Shown here one piece after another: positions 38,581-48,242 of a DNA stretch of 64,000 bases. Each line of letters begins with the position of its first letter. Position 1 is the first letter of the stretch. The notes beneath the pieces were generated by a model that made no database searches, was not told the origin of the DNA, and was given only the letters and a program-made list of their open reading frames with translations. A program made the position numbers and the translations under genes. The stretch comes from an uncultured Bacteroidales bacterium (GTDB taxonomy: Bacteria; Bacteroidota; Bacteroidia; Bacteroidales; UBA10428), in assembly GCA_963705125.1 (NCBI GenBank), contig CAVPIY010000011.1, positions 350,953-414,952 on the forward strand, read 5' to 3'.

Positions 38581-38999
38581 TATCTGGTTGGCAGATTGCT
38601 TCGTCGTGTTACGCGTCATTGCGAGGGAGCGAAGCGACCGAAGCAATCTGTCCACCCCGTCATTGCGAGTCCCGTTCACGGGACGAAGCAATCTGTCCAC
38701 CCCGTCATTGCGAGTCCCGTTTACGGGACGAAGCAATCTGTCCACCCCGTCATTGCGAGTCCCGTTCACGGGACGAAGCAATCTGTCCACCCCGTCATTG
38801 CGAGTCCCGTTCACGGGACGAAGCAATCTGTCCACCCCGTCATTGCGAGTCCCGTTCACGGGACGAAGCAATCTGTCCACCTCCGTCATTGCGAGTCCCG
38901 TTCACGGGACGAAGCAATCTGTATCAGGATAACAGATTGCTTCGTCTGCATGTAGTATTATTCTATATAGATTCATTCTGCCTGCCTCCTCGCAATGAC
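38581..38999 (+). repeat. Family-1 repeat array (1 x 44 bp plus 6 x 45 bp units with a private GC hairpin, closing into a complete element)
   Basis: Cores at 38615, 38659, 38704, 38749, 38794, 38839 and 38885. Unit is GTCATTGCGA-GTCCCG-ttca-CGGGAC-GAAGCAATCTGTCCACCCC. Ends CCTCCTCGCAATGAC at 38999. Confidence 0.9.
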
Positions 39000-41900
39000 G
39001 TTTAATGCCAACTTATAAATCCTCACCGAATCATTATTCAGTGCAAAAACCAGGATGTCTTTTCCGATTGCCGACCTGATATGGGCAATGTCCCTTACTT
39101 CGCCATTTACATGTAACCCACTTTGAATATCGTTCATCACAGCAAAATCCCCTTTCCCGTTCCCGGTAAGTAACAATCCTTTATTGGCATCATATTCTCC
39201 GAATCTGAGCCGGGTACCAAAGAAATTGCCTGCCAGGATCAAATCCACATTGCCATCCTGATTGTAGTCCCCGGCCTGTATGGCATAAACTGGAGAGAAC
39301 TGGGTGACAGGGGGAAGAGGAGAAAGGGAGAACTGATCGTTCCCCTTGTTTTCAAGATAACAACTGGCAAAGACAAAGGCTTTGAGAACCAGAGCGTCCT
39401 TTAATTCTTCCGGTGAAAACATGTCAGTAATCGTCTGACTGGCATAGGACTCATAGGTAGGATATTTCTTTTCAAGGATGGGCAATTGTCGCTGCAGATC
39501 ATCTTTTGGGTAAATTGGGTAGCATTTTCCCTGGATGTAAGAGCACATCACCGCATCGATCGATCCATTGTTATCAAAATCTTTGGCATACAGGGTGACC
39601 GGTTCAGTAACGGATGTCTTTAAGCGGGAATTCAAGCCCAGGTTCCCGACAACGTAGTCCTGATCACCATCGTTGTCAAAATCTGCTGCTGAAATGGAAT
39701 TCCACCAGCCTGCTGAATTTTTCAGGCCACAATTGTCAGTGATTTCAGTTAGACGCTTGCCGGTATGCATAAAAATCCGTATGCTCATCCATTCCCCCAC
39801 GATAATAATATCCAGCTGCCTATCTCCGTTGATATCGGTCCATAACGCATCCGTTACCATACCCGGATTCATCAGGGACTTATTATAGTTCTCAGTTACA
39901 TCTTTGAAATATCCCTTACCATTATTTTCCAGCAGATAGCTTCTCGGTATCAAGGGGTAAGATCCAGGCACCAGCCTGCCCCCAACAAAAAGATCCAGGT
40001 CACCGTCATTATCTACATCGCCTGCCCTGACACAAGAACCGCTGGTCAGCATCACGGGAAGCTGATCAGCTGATTTTGTAAAAAGCCCCTTCCCGTTATT
40101 GAGGTATAATCGATCCTGCAGTTCAGGGGCATCCTTCGGAAATTCATTTCCTCCGCTGACTACATATAAATCCGGATCAGTATCCCCGTCAGCATCAAAA
40201 AATACGGCTCCTATATCCTCACAACCTTTGTCTTCTTCAAAGCAAGACTGTATCTGCAAGCCAAAAGATCCGTCCTTTTTCTGAATATACAGGCTGCCCG
40301 GACTATCCCTGGCACCACTGAAATACAAATCCTCCAGACCGTCTTTGTTTATGTCTCCTTTAGCAATGTGTGGTCCCTGGGTGGAAAGAAGATGATGCAA
40401 AAGAATTTGTTTCCTGAAATCGACATATTCATTTTCAACATGCTTATAGTCAAGTATCTTACTATTCAAAGGAACAAAAACGGGTCGATATGATTGGACT
40501 GTTACCTCTTTGAGCGGATGTGCATTCTTTTGATGAAGAATAAGGGTTTGATCTGCAACGACCTTTTTAAATACCTCTTCAAGCAAATCAGGCCAGATCA
40601 CCTTCAGTGAATCAACTTGGGTTGATTTGCCCAGGCCAAAAATCAGCTCGTGATTCACGGAGGACATGTATCCCCGTGAAGGCATGAATTCCTGTATATA
40701 AATCTGATCTTTGCAAAAAACTTCCACCTTAGCGCCGATTCCACCCCGGTTCAAACCTGATCCATCGAACCTGATTTTTAAGAAGTGATTCAGGTTGCGT
40801 TTGCTTGCGTTATTCCGGTAAATAAAGGCATAAGAATTGACATTGTTGGTTACTATATCCATATCCCCGTCATCATCCAGATCGGCATAGGCAGCTCCGT
40901 TGGAAAATGACAGGATCTCTTCTCCCCACTCCTCAGTCACATTGGTAAAAGTCAGGTCTCCGTTATTCCGGTAAATATAGTTTTTCAATACAGTGGGGGG
41001 GATTTTTTCGATCAGCTCCAATTTGGTCATGGTATGTCTGCCGGTACGCCTCCTGTCTTCCTCCAATGCAACAAGCCTGATAAAATCCAGGTTGGTATTG
41101 TTCTTCCAGAATCCGGTGGTAACATACAGATCCTTGTATCCGTCATTGTCAAAGTCACAGAAGAGAGGCCCCCAGCTCCAGTTGGTGGCGAAAATCCCCG
41201 AGTATTGCCCGATCTCTGTAAAATATTCTCCGAGGTTATTCACATGCAACATGTTACGGGTAACCTGGCCCTGAAACACCTTATTCTTAAGCATAAAATA
41301 ATTACCCGGATTATCCGGCCGGGCTACCAGCTTCTGTTCATAATTATCCTCCGGAAGCATGTCCGGGGTCATCAGATCAATGTACCCGTCATTGTTAAAG
41401 TCAGCCGCATCATTGCCCATGGATGCAAAAGGGGTATGTTCAAAAAAGGCATCCAGCTCATCCCTGAAAGTGCCGTCTTTTTGGTTGATATACAGACGGT
41501 CTTTCACAAAATAATCCTGGCAGACATAAATATCCGGCCAGTTGTCCTGGTTAAAATCGGCTATGGCCAGTCCCAGTCCGTAATACGTTGAACTGGGGAT
41601 CATTCCTGCTTCCCTGGAAACATTGACAAACCTCTCACCGGTGTTCTTGTACAATTGCTCCCCGAATCTTCTGCTGGTCCCGGTCATCATGCTCATCCGG
41701 TTTATCAGGGGCCCTTCAGCGATGTGATTCAGAACAAGCAGGTCAAGGTCACCGTCTTTATCATAATCAAAAAAAGCACTGTGTGTGGAATGAAAGGGAT
41801 CGTCGATACCATATTTTGCAGCACATTCTGTAAAAGTAAGGTCCCCTTCATTGATGAAGAGCTGATTTCTTCTTTTTTCGGGATTGCCTGAGGCAGCATG

Positions 41901-42296
41901 GCAAACATAGATGTCGAGAAATCCGTCTCCATTGATGTCCGCCATGATAACACCGGTATTCCACCTGTCTCCGCAGTTTACCCCAGCTTTATCCGTGATA
42001 TCCTCAAATCTGAATTTGCCCTTGTTCAGATACAGTTTGTTTCCAGTGAGGTTCCCACTAAAGAAGATTTCCGGCAAACCGTCATTGTTAAGATCACCAA
42101 CAGCCACCCCCCCTCCGTTATAGAAATAGGCATAGTCAAGCACATTGAATTTTTCACTGTCCTTGACCATATTTTTGAAATCGATCCCTGTTCTCAGGTG
42201 TGAGAGCGATGTGAATAGCTTGCCCTTATCCTGTTTACAGCAAGGAGAAATTAATATTATCAATAGAATAATATAACCAATTGGGATACGCTTCAT
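38973..42296 (-). CDS. VCBS/FG-GAP repeat plus ASPIC/UnbV-type lipoprotein, paralogue 2 (inverted)
   Basis: Lipoprotein signal (LISPCC). The same FG-GAP motif series and HFLKIRF...GIGAKVEVF module. The last 9 codons lie in the family-1 right arm. Confidence 0.8.
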   Translation of the reverse strand: MKRIPIGYIILLIILISPCCKQDKGKLFTSLSHLRTGIDFKNMVKDSEKFNVLDYAYFYNGGGVAVGDLNNDGLPEIFFSGNLTGNKLYLNKGKFRFEDITDKAGVNCGDRWNTGVIMADINGDGFLDIYVCHAASGNPEKRRNQLFINEGDLTFTECAAKYGIDDPFHSTHSAFFDYDKDGDLDLLVLNHIAEGPLINRMSMMTGTSRRFGEQLYKNTGERFVNVSREAGMIPSSTYYGLGLAIADFNQDNWPDIYVCQDYFVKDRLYINQKDGTFRDELDAFFEHTPFASMGNDAADFNNDGYIDLMTPDMLPEDNYEQKLVARPDNPGNYFMLKNKVFQGQVTRNMLHVNNLGEYFTEIGQYSGIFATNWSWGPLFCDFDNDGYKDLYVTTGFWKNNTNLDFIRLVALEEDRRRTGRHTMTKLELIEKIPPTVLKNYIYRNNGDLTFTNVTEEWGEEILSFSNGAAYADLDDDGDMDIVTNNVNSYAFIYRNNASKRNLNHFLKIRFDGSGLNRGGIGAKVEVFCKDQIYIQEFMPSRGYMSSVNHELIFGLGKSTQVDSLKVIWPDLLEEVFKKVVADQTLILHQKNAHPLKEVTVQSYRPVFVPLNSKILDYKHVENEYVDFRKQILLHHLLSTQGPHIAKGDINKDGLEDLYFSGARDSPGSLYIQKKDGSFGLQIQSCFEEDKGCEDIGAVFFDADGDTDPDLYVVSGGNEFPKDAPELQDRLYLNNGKGLFTKSADQLPVMLTSGSCVRAGDVDNDGDLDLFVGGRLVPGSYPLIPRSYLLENNGKGYFKDVTENYNKSLMNPGMVTDALWTDINGDRQLDIIIVGEWMSIRIFMHTGKRLTEITDNCGLKNSAGWWNSISAADFDNDGDQDYVVGNLGLNSRLKTSVTEPVTLYAKDFDNNGSIDAVMCSYIQGKCYPIYPKDDLQRQLPILEKKYPTYESYASQTITDMFSPEELKDALVLKAFVFASCYLENKGNDQFSLSPLPPVTQFSPVYAIQAGDYNQDGNVDLILAGNFFGTRLRFGEYDANKGLLLTGNGKGDFAVMNDIQSGLHVNGEVRDIAHIRSAIGKDILVFALNNDSVRIYKLALNVIARRQAE

Positions 42297-42434
42297 AGGT
42301 CAGGAATTGATTTTGGTAACACAAAAAAATACGTTTTCTGATGTATATCTTTAGACGAATATATTTATAATTTTTAGTAATATTAGGGTAGATAATAAAT
42401 AAGCGTGTTGGACAGTTCTTAGCCTTCATTGAAT

Positions 42435-42588
42435 ACCTCACCCCTGCCAGACGGCAAGAAGATACTGCCTGTCTCCACCTCACCCCCTGCCCCCTCTCCT
42501 AAAGGCGAGGGTTGTGAGGTTATCGTTGACATGGTTGATTCCATTGACGTTTTCCCCCTCTCCTCAAGGAGAGGGGCAGGGGTGAGGT
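42435..42588. repeat. Family-2 MITE-like element, copy 4, with an extra partial left arm
   Basis: A partial ACCTCACCCCTGCC at 42435, then the full element CCACCTCACCCCCTGCCCCCTCTCCtaaaggcGAGGG ... CCCCCTCTCCTCAAGGAGAGGGGCAGGGGTGAGGT. Confidence 0.8.
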
Positions 42589-42649
42589 GGAGAGGAGCAG
42601 GATTGAATTTATAAAGGCCCTTCTGACATTTCTAAAAAGCTTGCACAAA

Positions 42650-45600
42650 ATGCAAATTGCCAACTTTTTCAGGATTTTCGCGATGATGTTATTCACAGGA
42701 ATCCTCCTATTAAACTGCCATCAGCAAAATCATCAAAGCGAATCTCAAAAAGCCACCCTGTTCCGTGAGGTCTCCCCAAAGGAAAGCGGCATCCGGTTTG
42801 CAAACCAGTTGCAGGAAACAGACACCGCCAATTCGATCTTTTATGAATATTACTACAACGGGGCCGGACTGGCCATCGGAGATGTCAACAATGACGGCCT
42901 GAGCGATTTATTCTTCGGGGCAAACATGACGGAAAGCAGGTTGTACCTGAACAGGGGAAATTTATCCTTCTCCGATATCACGGAGGAATGTAGTATCAAC
43001 ACTTCCGGAAAGTGGGTCACCGGTGTCAGCCTGGTGGATATCAACCAGGATGGATGGCTGGATATATACCTGTGCTGTGCCGGCAATATTGATTATGATT
43101 ACCATAATCTCCTGTATATCAGCAATGGTGACAGGGATCACCTGGTATTCTACGAACAGGCTGCTGCGGTGGGTCTGGATGACGACGGATACTCTACACA
43201 GGCAGAATTCTTTGATTATGACCGGGATGGTGACCTCGATGCCTATATTGTTACTGCAGCCCTGACCATTCCAAATAAAAACGCCCTGCGGATGCGCAAA
43301 AGCGACGGATCGATGATCAACACCGATCGCCTGTTCAGGAATGAAGGGATTAACCCAAAAACCAAACTGCCTGTTTTCAGGAATGTATCAAAGGAGGCCG
43401 GCATCACCTGGGACGGGTTTGGCCTTGGCGCAAGTGTCTGTGACATCAACCGGGACGGATGGCCGGATATCTATGTGGGTAATGATTATATTTCAAATGA
43501 TCTTCTGTATGTAAACCAGGGTGATGGCACCTTTAGGGAAATGGTGAAAAACTACACCAAACACATCACCAACAGTACAATGGGCGTTGACATTGCTGAT
43601 ATCAATAACGATGGGCTGGTGGATATACTGACCCTGGATATGCAACCCGAAGATTATTTCAGAAAAAGGACAATGGCCCTGACCATGCGCACTTACGACC
43701 GCTATATGAAGGAGCTGGATGCAGGTTACTCGCCCCAGTATATCCGGAATATGCTGCAAATGAATAACGGAGAGATAGAAGGACAGGTTACTTTCAGTGA
43801 TATCGGACAACTGGCAGGTGTTTTCGAGACTGACTGGAGCTGGGCTCCCCTGCTGGCTGACTTTGACAACGACGGAAACAGGGACCTGTTTATCGGCAAT
43901 GGCATTCAGCACGATATGACCAATATGGACTTTTCAGAGTTCTGGATGAAAAAAGTCAGGGAGAATCGCGGAATGGAATGGAGTGTGCTGTATAAAATAT
44001 TAAAGACTGAACTGGATAAAAAAGGCAATGTTAAAAAGCCGAATGTCATCTTCCGGAATTCAGGCGGTCTTGTATTTGAGAATAAGACCATCGAATGGGG
44101 CATGAGCAGGCCTGCGTATTCAACCGGCTCTGCTTTTTCAGACCTGGACAATGATGGTGACCTTGATCTGGTATTGAACAACATCAATGATCCGGCATTG
44201 GTTTATGAGAATACCCTGATCAATGCGGACTCTGTAAACCGCAGTCATCATTTTCTTTCCATCCAACTGATGGGGGATTCATTAAATCCGGATGGCATCG
44301 GTGCAAAGATCAGTATATTCTGTGGAAAACAGCTGCAGTACTATGAACATTTCCCCATCCGGGGATTTCAATCCATGGTTGATCCGAAAATTCACTTCGG
44401 GTTGGGAGAGATCACCCTGATTGATTCGCTGTTGATCTGGTGGCCGGACGGAAAGGAGCAGCATTTATATAAGTTGACCAGTGATCAGCTTTTATCGCTC
44501 CACCATGATCAGGCATCCCTTATCACCAAACAAAAAACTGTGAAGGATAGCAAAAACAAGATCTTTACCTCCCTGACCGGTAAAACAAGAATAGAATACA
44601 AGCATCGGGAAAAACAATTTGTCGATTTTGAAATTCAACCCCTGGTCCCGCATCAATATTCCCGGGAAGGACCGGGCCTTGCAGTGGGAGATATTAATTC
44701 CGACGGCCTGGATGATTTCTTTGTGGGAGGATCAACCGGCTTTCCGGGAATAATATTTCTTCAGGATAAAACAGGCAGCTTTGCTTCTTCCCCTTTGCCC
44801 GGTAATAGTAATTATGAAGATATGGGTTCGCTGTTCTTTGATGCGGATGGTGACGGCGATCAGGACCTGTATGTGGTAAGCGGTGGTTCCGGATTACAGC
44901 CCGGCAATCAGTTCTATGCCGACAGACTGTATATCAACAACGGCAAGGGTCAGTTTACCATGCACAATATTGCACTGCCTGATTTCCGGGTGTGTGGTTC
45001 ACAGGTTACCGCTGCAGATTACGACAAGGATGGAGATCTGGATCTGTTTGTCTGTGGCAGGGTTGACCTGGAGAAATATCCGATGCCACCCAGAAGCTTC
45101 CTGCTCAGAAACGACACCAAAGGTTCGATCATTCGTTTTCTCGACGTTACCAGTCAGGTCTGCAGGGACCTGGAACGGCCGGGGCTGGTTGCCGCGGCCC
45201 TGTGGACCGACTTTTACCAGGATGGCTGGCCCGACCTGATCCTGGCCGGTGAGTGGATGCCACTGACCTTATTCAGGAACAACCAGGGTAAGATGGAAAA
45301 TGTGACCTCGTCCACCGGACTGGAAAATTATACCGGATGGTGGAACAGCCTCACCGCTGCAGACTTCGACAAGGACGGCGATATAGATTATGCCGCCGGG
45401 AACCTGGGATTGAACACCCAGTATAAAGTATCGCAGGAACAGCCCATGCGGATCACAGCAAAGGATTTCGACAGGAACGGGACGCTGGATCCGGTTTGCA
45501 GCTATTATGTGCAGGGGAAAAGCTATCCCATCTATCACCGGAATTTGCTGTTGCAGCAAATCCCATCCCTGAAAAATAAATATAAAACATATGAAGATTA

Positions 45601-46252
45601 TGCCCGGGCAACCATGGATGACATCTTCCCTGTAAATACACTGAAGGATGCCTATATCCGCGACAGCCGGTTCTTTGAATCGGCCTGGATCGAAAACCTG
45701 GGCAAGGGATCCTTCCGGATGCATGCCCTCCCGGTTGAGGCACAGACCGCTCCGGTATTTGGCATGCTTGCAAATGATTATGATGCGGACGGGAATATAG
45801 ACCTTCTGTTGACGGGCAATTCCTATTCATTCAATGTGTATGACGGACAGCAGGATGCCTTTATTGGCCTGTGGCTGAAAGGGGACGGCAAGGGCGGATT
45901 TACTCCGGTCCAGGGGCAGGAAAGCGGTTTTTTTGTCGACGGGGATGCAAAAGCACTGGCAGAACTGGTGCTGGGCAATGGCAGTTCGCTGATCCTGGCA
46001 GCGCAGAACTCCGGCTACCTGAAGGTATTTAAAGTTGCCGGATCAGATGCAAAGATAATCAGGCTCCGCAATGATGATGTCATTGCAGTGCTGACCTATG
46101 AAAACGGCCGGAAGGAATACCGGGAGTTCTACTACGGAAGCGGCTATTTGTCCCAGTCATCACGGGTGATCAAAGTACCCAAAGAGGTAACATCAGTGAA
46201 TATAGTTAATTACAAAGGAGAAACCAGAAAAATTACCGTTCATAATCAATGA
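42650..46252 (+). CDS. VCBS/FG-GAP repeat plus ASPIC/UnbV-type lipoprotein, paralogue 3
   Basis: The ATG at 42650 gives signal MQIANFFRIFAMMLFTGILLLNC. The ORF-track start at 42587 lies inside the MITE. The 3' 1.1 kb is nearly identical to paralogue 1. Confidence 0.8.
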   Translation: MQIANFFRIFAMMLFTGILLLNCHQQNHQSESQKATLFREVSPKESGIRFANQLQETDTANSIFYEYYYNGAGLAIGDVNNDGLSDLFFGANMTESRLYLNRGNLSFSDITEECSINTSGKWVTGVSLVDINQDGWLDIYLCCAGNIDYDYHNLLYISNGDRDHLVFYEQAAAVGLDDDGYSTQAEFFDYDRDGDLDAYIVTAALTIPNKNALRMRKSDGSMINTDRLFRNEGINPKTKLPVFRNVSKEAGITWDGFGLGASVCDINRDGWPDIYVGNDYISNDLLYVNQGDGTFREMVKNYTKHITNSTMGVDIADINNDGLVDILTLDMQPEDYFRKRTMALTMRTYDRYMKELDAGYSPQYIRNMLQMNNGEIEGQVTFSDIGQLAGVFETDWSWAPLLADFDNDGNRDLFIGNGIQHDMTNMDFSEFWMKKVRENRGMEWSVLYKILKTELDKKGNVKKPNVIFRNSGGLVFENKTIEWGMSRPAYSTGSAFSDLDNDGDLDLVLNNINDPALVYENTLINADSVNRSHHFLSIQLMGDSLNPDGIGAKISIFCGKQLQYYEHFPIRGFQSMVDPKIHFGLGEITLIDSLLIWWPDGKEQHLYKLTSDQLLSLHHDQASLITKQKTVKDSKNKIFTSLTGKTRIEYKHREKQFVDFEIQPLVPHQYSREGPGLAVGDINSDGLDDFFVGGSTGFPGIIFLQDKTGSFASSPLPGNSNYEDMGSLFFDADGDGDQDLYVVSGGSGLQPGNQFYADRLYINNGKGQFTMHNIALPDFRVCGSQVTAADYDKDGDLDLFVCGRVDLEKYPMPPRSFLLRNDTKGSIIRFLDVTSQVCRDLERPGLVAAALWTDFYQDGWPDLILAGEWMPLTLFRNNQGKMENVTSSTGLENYTGWWNSLTAADFDKDGDIDYAAGNLGLNTQYKVSQEQPMRITAKDFDRNGTLDPVCSYYVQGKSYPIYHRNLLLQQIPSLKNKYKTYEDYARATMDDIFPVNTLKDAYIRDSRFFESAWIENLGKGSFRMHALPVEAQTAPVFGMLANDYDADGNIDLLLTGNSYSFNVYDGQQDAFIGLWLKGDGKGGFTPVQGQESGFFVDGDAKALAELVLGNGSSLILAAQNSGYLKVFKVAGSDAKIIRLRNDDVIAVLTYENGRKEYREFYYGSGYLSQSSRVIKVPKEVTSVNIVNYKGETRKITVHNQ

Positions 46253-46281
46253 AACAGAAGTTAGATCCAAAAAGTCCATCC

Positions 46282-46446
46282 GTCATTGCGAGGGAGCGAA
46301 GCGACCGAAACGTCATTGCGAGGGAGCGAAGCGACCGAAACGTCATTGCGAGGGAGCGAAGCGACCGAAACGTCATTGCGAGGGAGCGAAGCGACCGAAA
46401 CAATCTGCCTCTGGATAGCAGATTGCTTCACTTCGCTCGCAATGGC
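46282..46446 (+). repeat. Family-1 repeat array (4 x 30 bp, closing into a 75-bp element)
   Basis: GTCATTGCGAGGGAGCGAAGCGACCGAAAC at 46282, 46312, 46342 and 46372. Then CAATCTGcctctggatagCAGATTGcttcacttcgCTCGCAATGGC. Confidence 0.9.
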
Positions 46447-46448
46447 GT

Positions 46449-46480
46449 ATCATCAAATCATCAAATCATCAAATCAATAA
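46449..46480 (+). repeat. 8-bp microsatellite (ATCATCAA x3 plus ATCAATAA) just upstream of a start codon
   Basis: Units at 46449, 46457, 46465 and 46473. The array ends 12 nt before the ATG at 46493. Confidence 0.8.
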
Positions 46481-46492
46481 ATAGACCACCCC

Positions 46493-48241
46493 ATGAAAAA
46501 CCTACTACTCCTGACAATCCTTCTGTCTGGCATCACCCTGTTTGCCCAGGACCTCAGCTTCAGCAAACCGGGTAATAACATTTACCAGGAATTGCCCAAC
46601 CCGGCTAAAACGTCAATTGAAGCATGGTCAAAAGTTACGGATGACATCAATGTAAGCTTTGCCAGTGACAATATCCGGTATCCAAAAGAAAAGGTGCCTC
46701 AGGTGTCTTCCAAAACCTGGAATGCAACAGCCTGGAAAGGAGAAAAAATTCACACACAGATATTGGTATGGACAAAGAAGAATATCCCGGAAGTCAGTTT
46801 CACTACAGGTGACCTGGTAAATGAAAAAGGCGACCGCATCAGCAGTACAAGTATCCGGGCAGCCTTTGTACGGTATGTCATGACGGATGAGTTTGGAGAA
46901 GGCTGCGATGAACGGTCTCCTGAAAAATACGATTCATCTCTTGTTGAGGATCCGATCGACATCATTGACAGATTGCCGGTTCAGGCAAATACCGTGCAGC
47001 CGGTCTGGTTATCCATTCAGTTGCCCGGCAATATACCGGCCGGAAAATATTCCGGGACAATTTCAATCCATGCAACAAAAAAGTTTGATCTGAACATCAG
47101 CCTGAATGTATTGAACCATGTTTTACCACCTCCGGCTGAGTGGAAATTCGACCTGGATCTCTGGCAAAATCCCGACCCGGTTGCCAAGGTACATGGTGTA
47201 ACATTATGGAGTGAAGAACATTTCAGCCTGATGAAAGCCTACTACACCATGCTGGCCAATGCCGGACAAAAGAGTATAACTGCCTTCATCATTGACCAGC
47301 CCTGGGGACCGGATCATGTTTATTACAGGGATCCGACGCTGATTAAATGGTCCAGAAAAAAAGACGGAAGCTGGAACTATGACTATTCCGTTTTTGACCG
47401 ATATATTGAGTTTGTAATGAGTTGCGGTATTGACCAGCGGATAAATTGTTATTCGATGGTTACCTGGAATCTTTCATTCATATATTATGATGATGCCAAA
47501 GGAGATACTGTATCAGTTACTGCCAAACCGGGATCTAAGGAATACAATGATCTCTGGGAGCCCATGATGAAAGATTTTACGGCTCATCTTAAGTCAAGGG
47601 GGTGGTTTGGCAAAACAACCATTGCGATGGACGAGCGGGATATGGAGAGTATGCTGGCAGTAATGGCCCTTCTCAGAAAAATAGATCCGGAATGGAAGAC
47701 AGCCCTGGCCGGCAATTATCATGCTGAAATTGCAAATGATATTTTCGACTATTGCATCATTATTCATGACAAGTTTGATCCGGATGTCCTGAAGGAACGG
47801 AAGTCTTCCGGCAAGCCCAGTACCTATTATACCGCCTGCGGAGAGGAACGCCCAAATGGATTCTCCTATTCACCTCCGGCCGAGAATACCTGGATCAGCT
47901 GGTACGCTGCTGCTGAAGGATTTACCGGATATCTGCGCTGGGCCTATAACAACTGGACTGAGGCCACTCTTCAGGAAACCCGTTACAAAACCTGGCCGGC
48001 CGGTGATTGTTACCAGATCTATCCGGGACCCCGGACCTCCATCCGTTTCGAAAAACTGATCGAAGGCATTCAGGACTTTGAAAAGATCCGGCTATTAAAA
48101 GAGCAGTTTACCAGGGAAGGAAAGACTGATCAGCTGAAAGAACTAAACAAGATCCTGGCCACCTTTACTGAAGAGAACCTGCAGGCCATACCGGCAGCGG
48201 ATATGGTAAGCAGGGGCAGGGAAGTCCTAAACAGATATTAG
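46493..48241 (+). CDS. GH123-like / DUF4091 secreted glycoside hydrolase (582 aa)
   Basis: Signal peptide. PVWLSIQLPGNIPAGKYSG beta-sandwich block. C-terminal SIRFEKLIEGIQDFEKI block. Confidence 0.65.
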   Translation: MKNLLLLTILLSGITLFAQDLSFSKPGNNIYQELPNPAKTSIEAWSKVTDDINVSFASDNIRYPKEKVPQVSSKTWNATAWKGEKIHTQILVWTKKNIPEVSFTTGDLVNEKGDRISSTSIRAAFVRYVMTDEFGEGCDERSPEKYDSSLVEDPIDIIDRLPVQANTVQPVWLSIQLPGNIPAGKYSGTISIHATKKFDLNISLNVLNHVLPPPAEWKFDLDLWQNPDPVAKVHGVTLWSEEHFSLMKAYYTMLANAGQKSITAFIIDQPWGPDHVYYRDPTLIKWSRKKDGSWNYDYSVFDRYIEFVMSCGIDQRINCYSMVTWNLSFIYYDDAKGDTVSVTAKPGSKEYNDLWEPMMKDFTAHLKSRGWFGKTTIAMDERDMESMLAVMALLRKIDPEWKTALAGNYHAEIANDIFDYCIIIHDKFDPDVLKERKSSGKPSTYYTACGEERPNGFSYSPPAENTWISWYAAAEGFTGYLRWAYNNWTEATLQETRYKTWPAGDCYQIYPGPRTSIRFEKLIEGIQDFEKIRLLKEQFTREGKTDQLKELNKILATFTEENLQAIPAADMVSRGREVLNRY

Positions 48242-48242
48242 T

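Noticed and set aside
38581-38999. The regular 45-bp periodicity looked CRISPR-like.
   Set aside because: The whole 45-bp unit is repeated nearly identically, so there are no unique spacers. There are no cas genes in the window. The units share arms with the dispersed palindromic family.
38578-39005. ORFs 38578-38889(-), 38588-38932(+), 38596-38955(+) and 38619-39005(+).
   Set aside because: Same artefact: mutually overlapping frames across a tandem repeat.
42587-42649. N-terminal extension of VCBS paralogue 3 (MERSRIEFIKALLTFLKSLHK).
   Set aside because: It starts inside the family-2 MITE arm. The ATG at 42650 gives a proper lipoprotein signal, as in the paralogues.
46249-46575. The 108-aa ORF and 46286-46480 ORF spanning array E.
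   Set aside because: This is repeat-derived translation. The 3' end overlaps the well-supported signal-peptide start of 46493-48241 in another frame.
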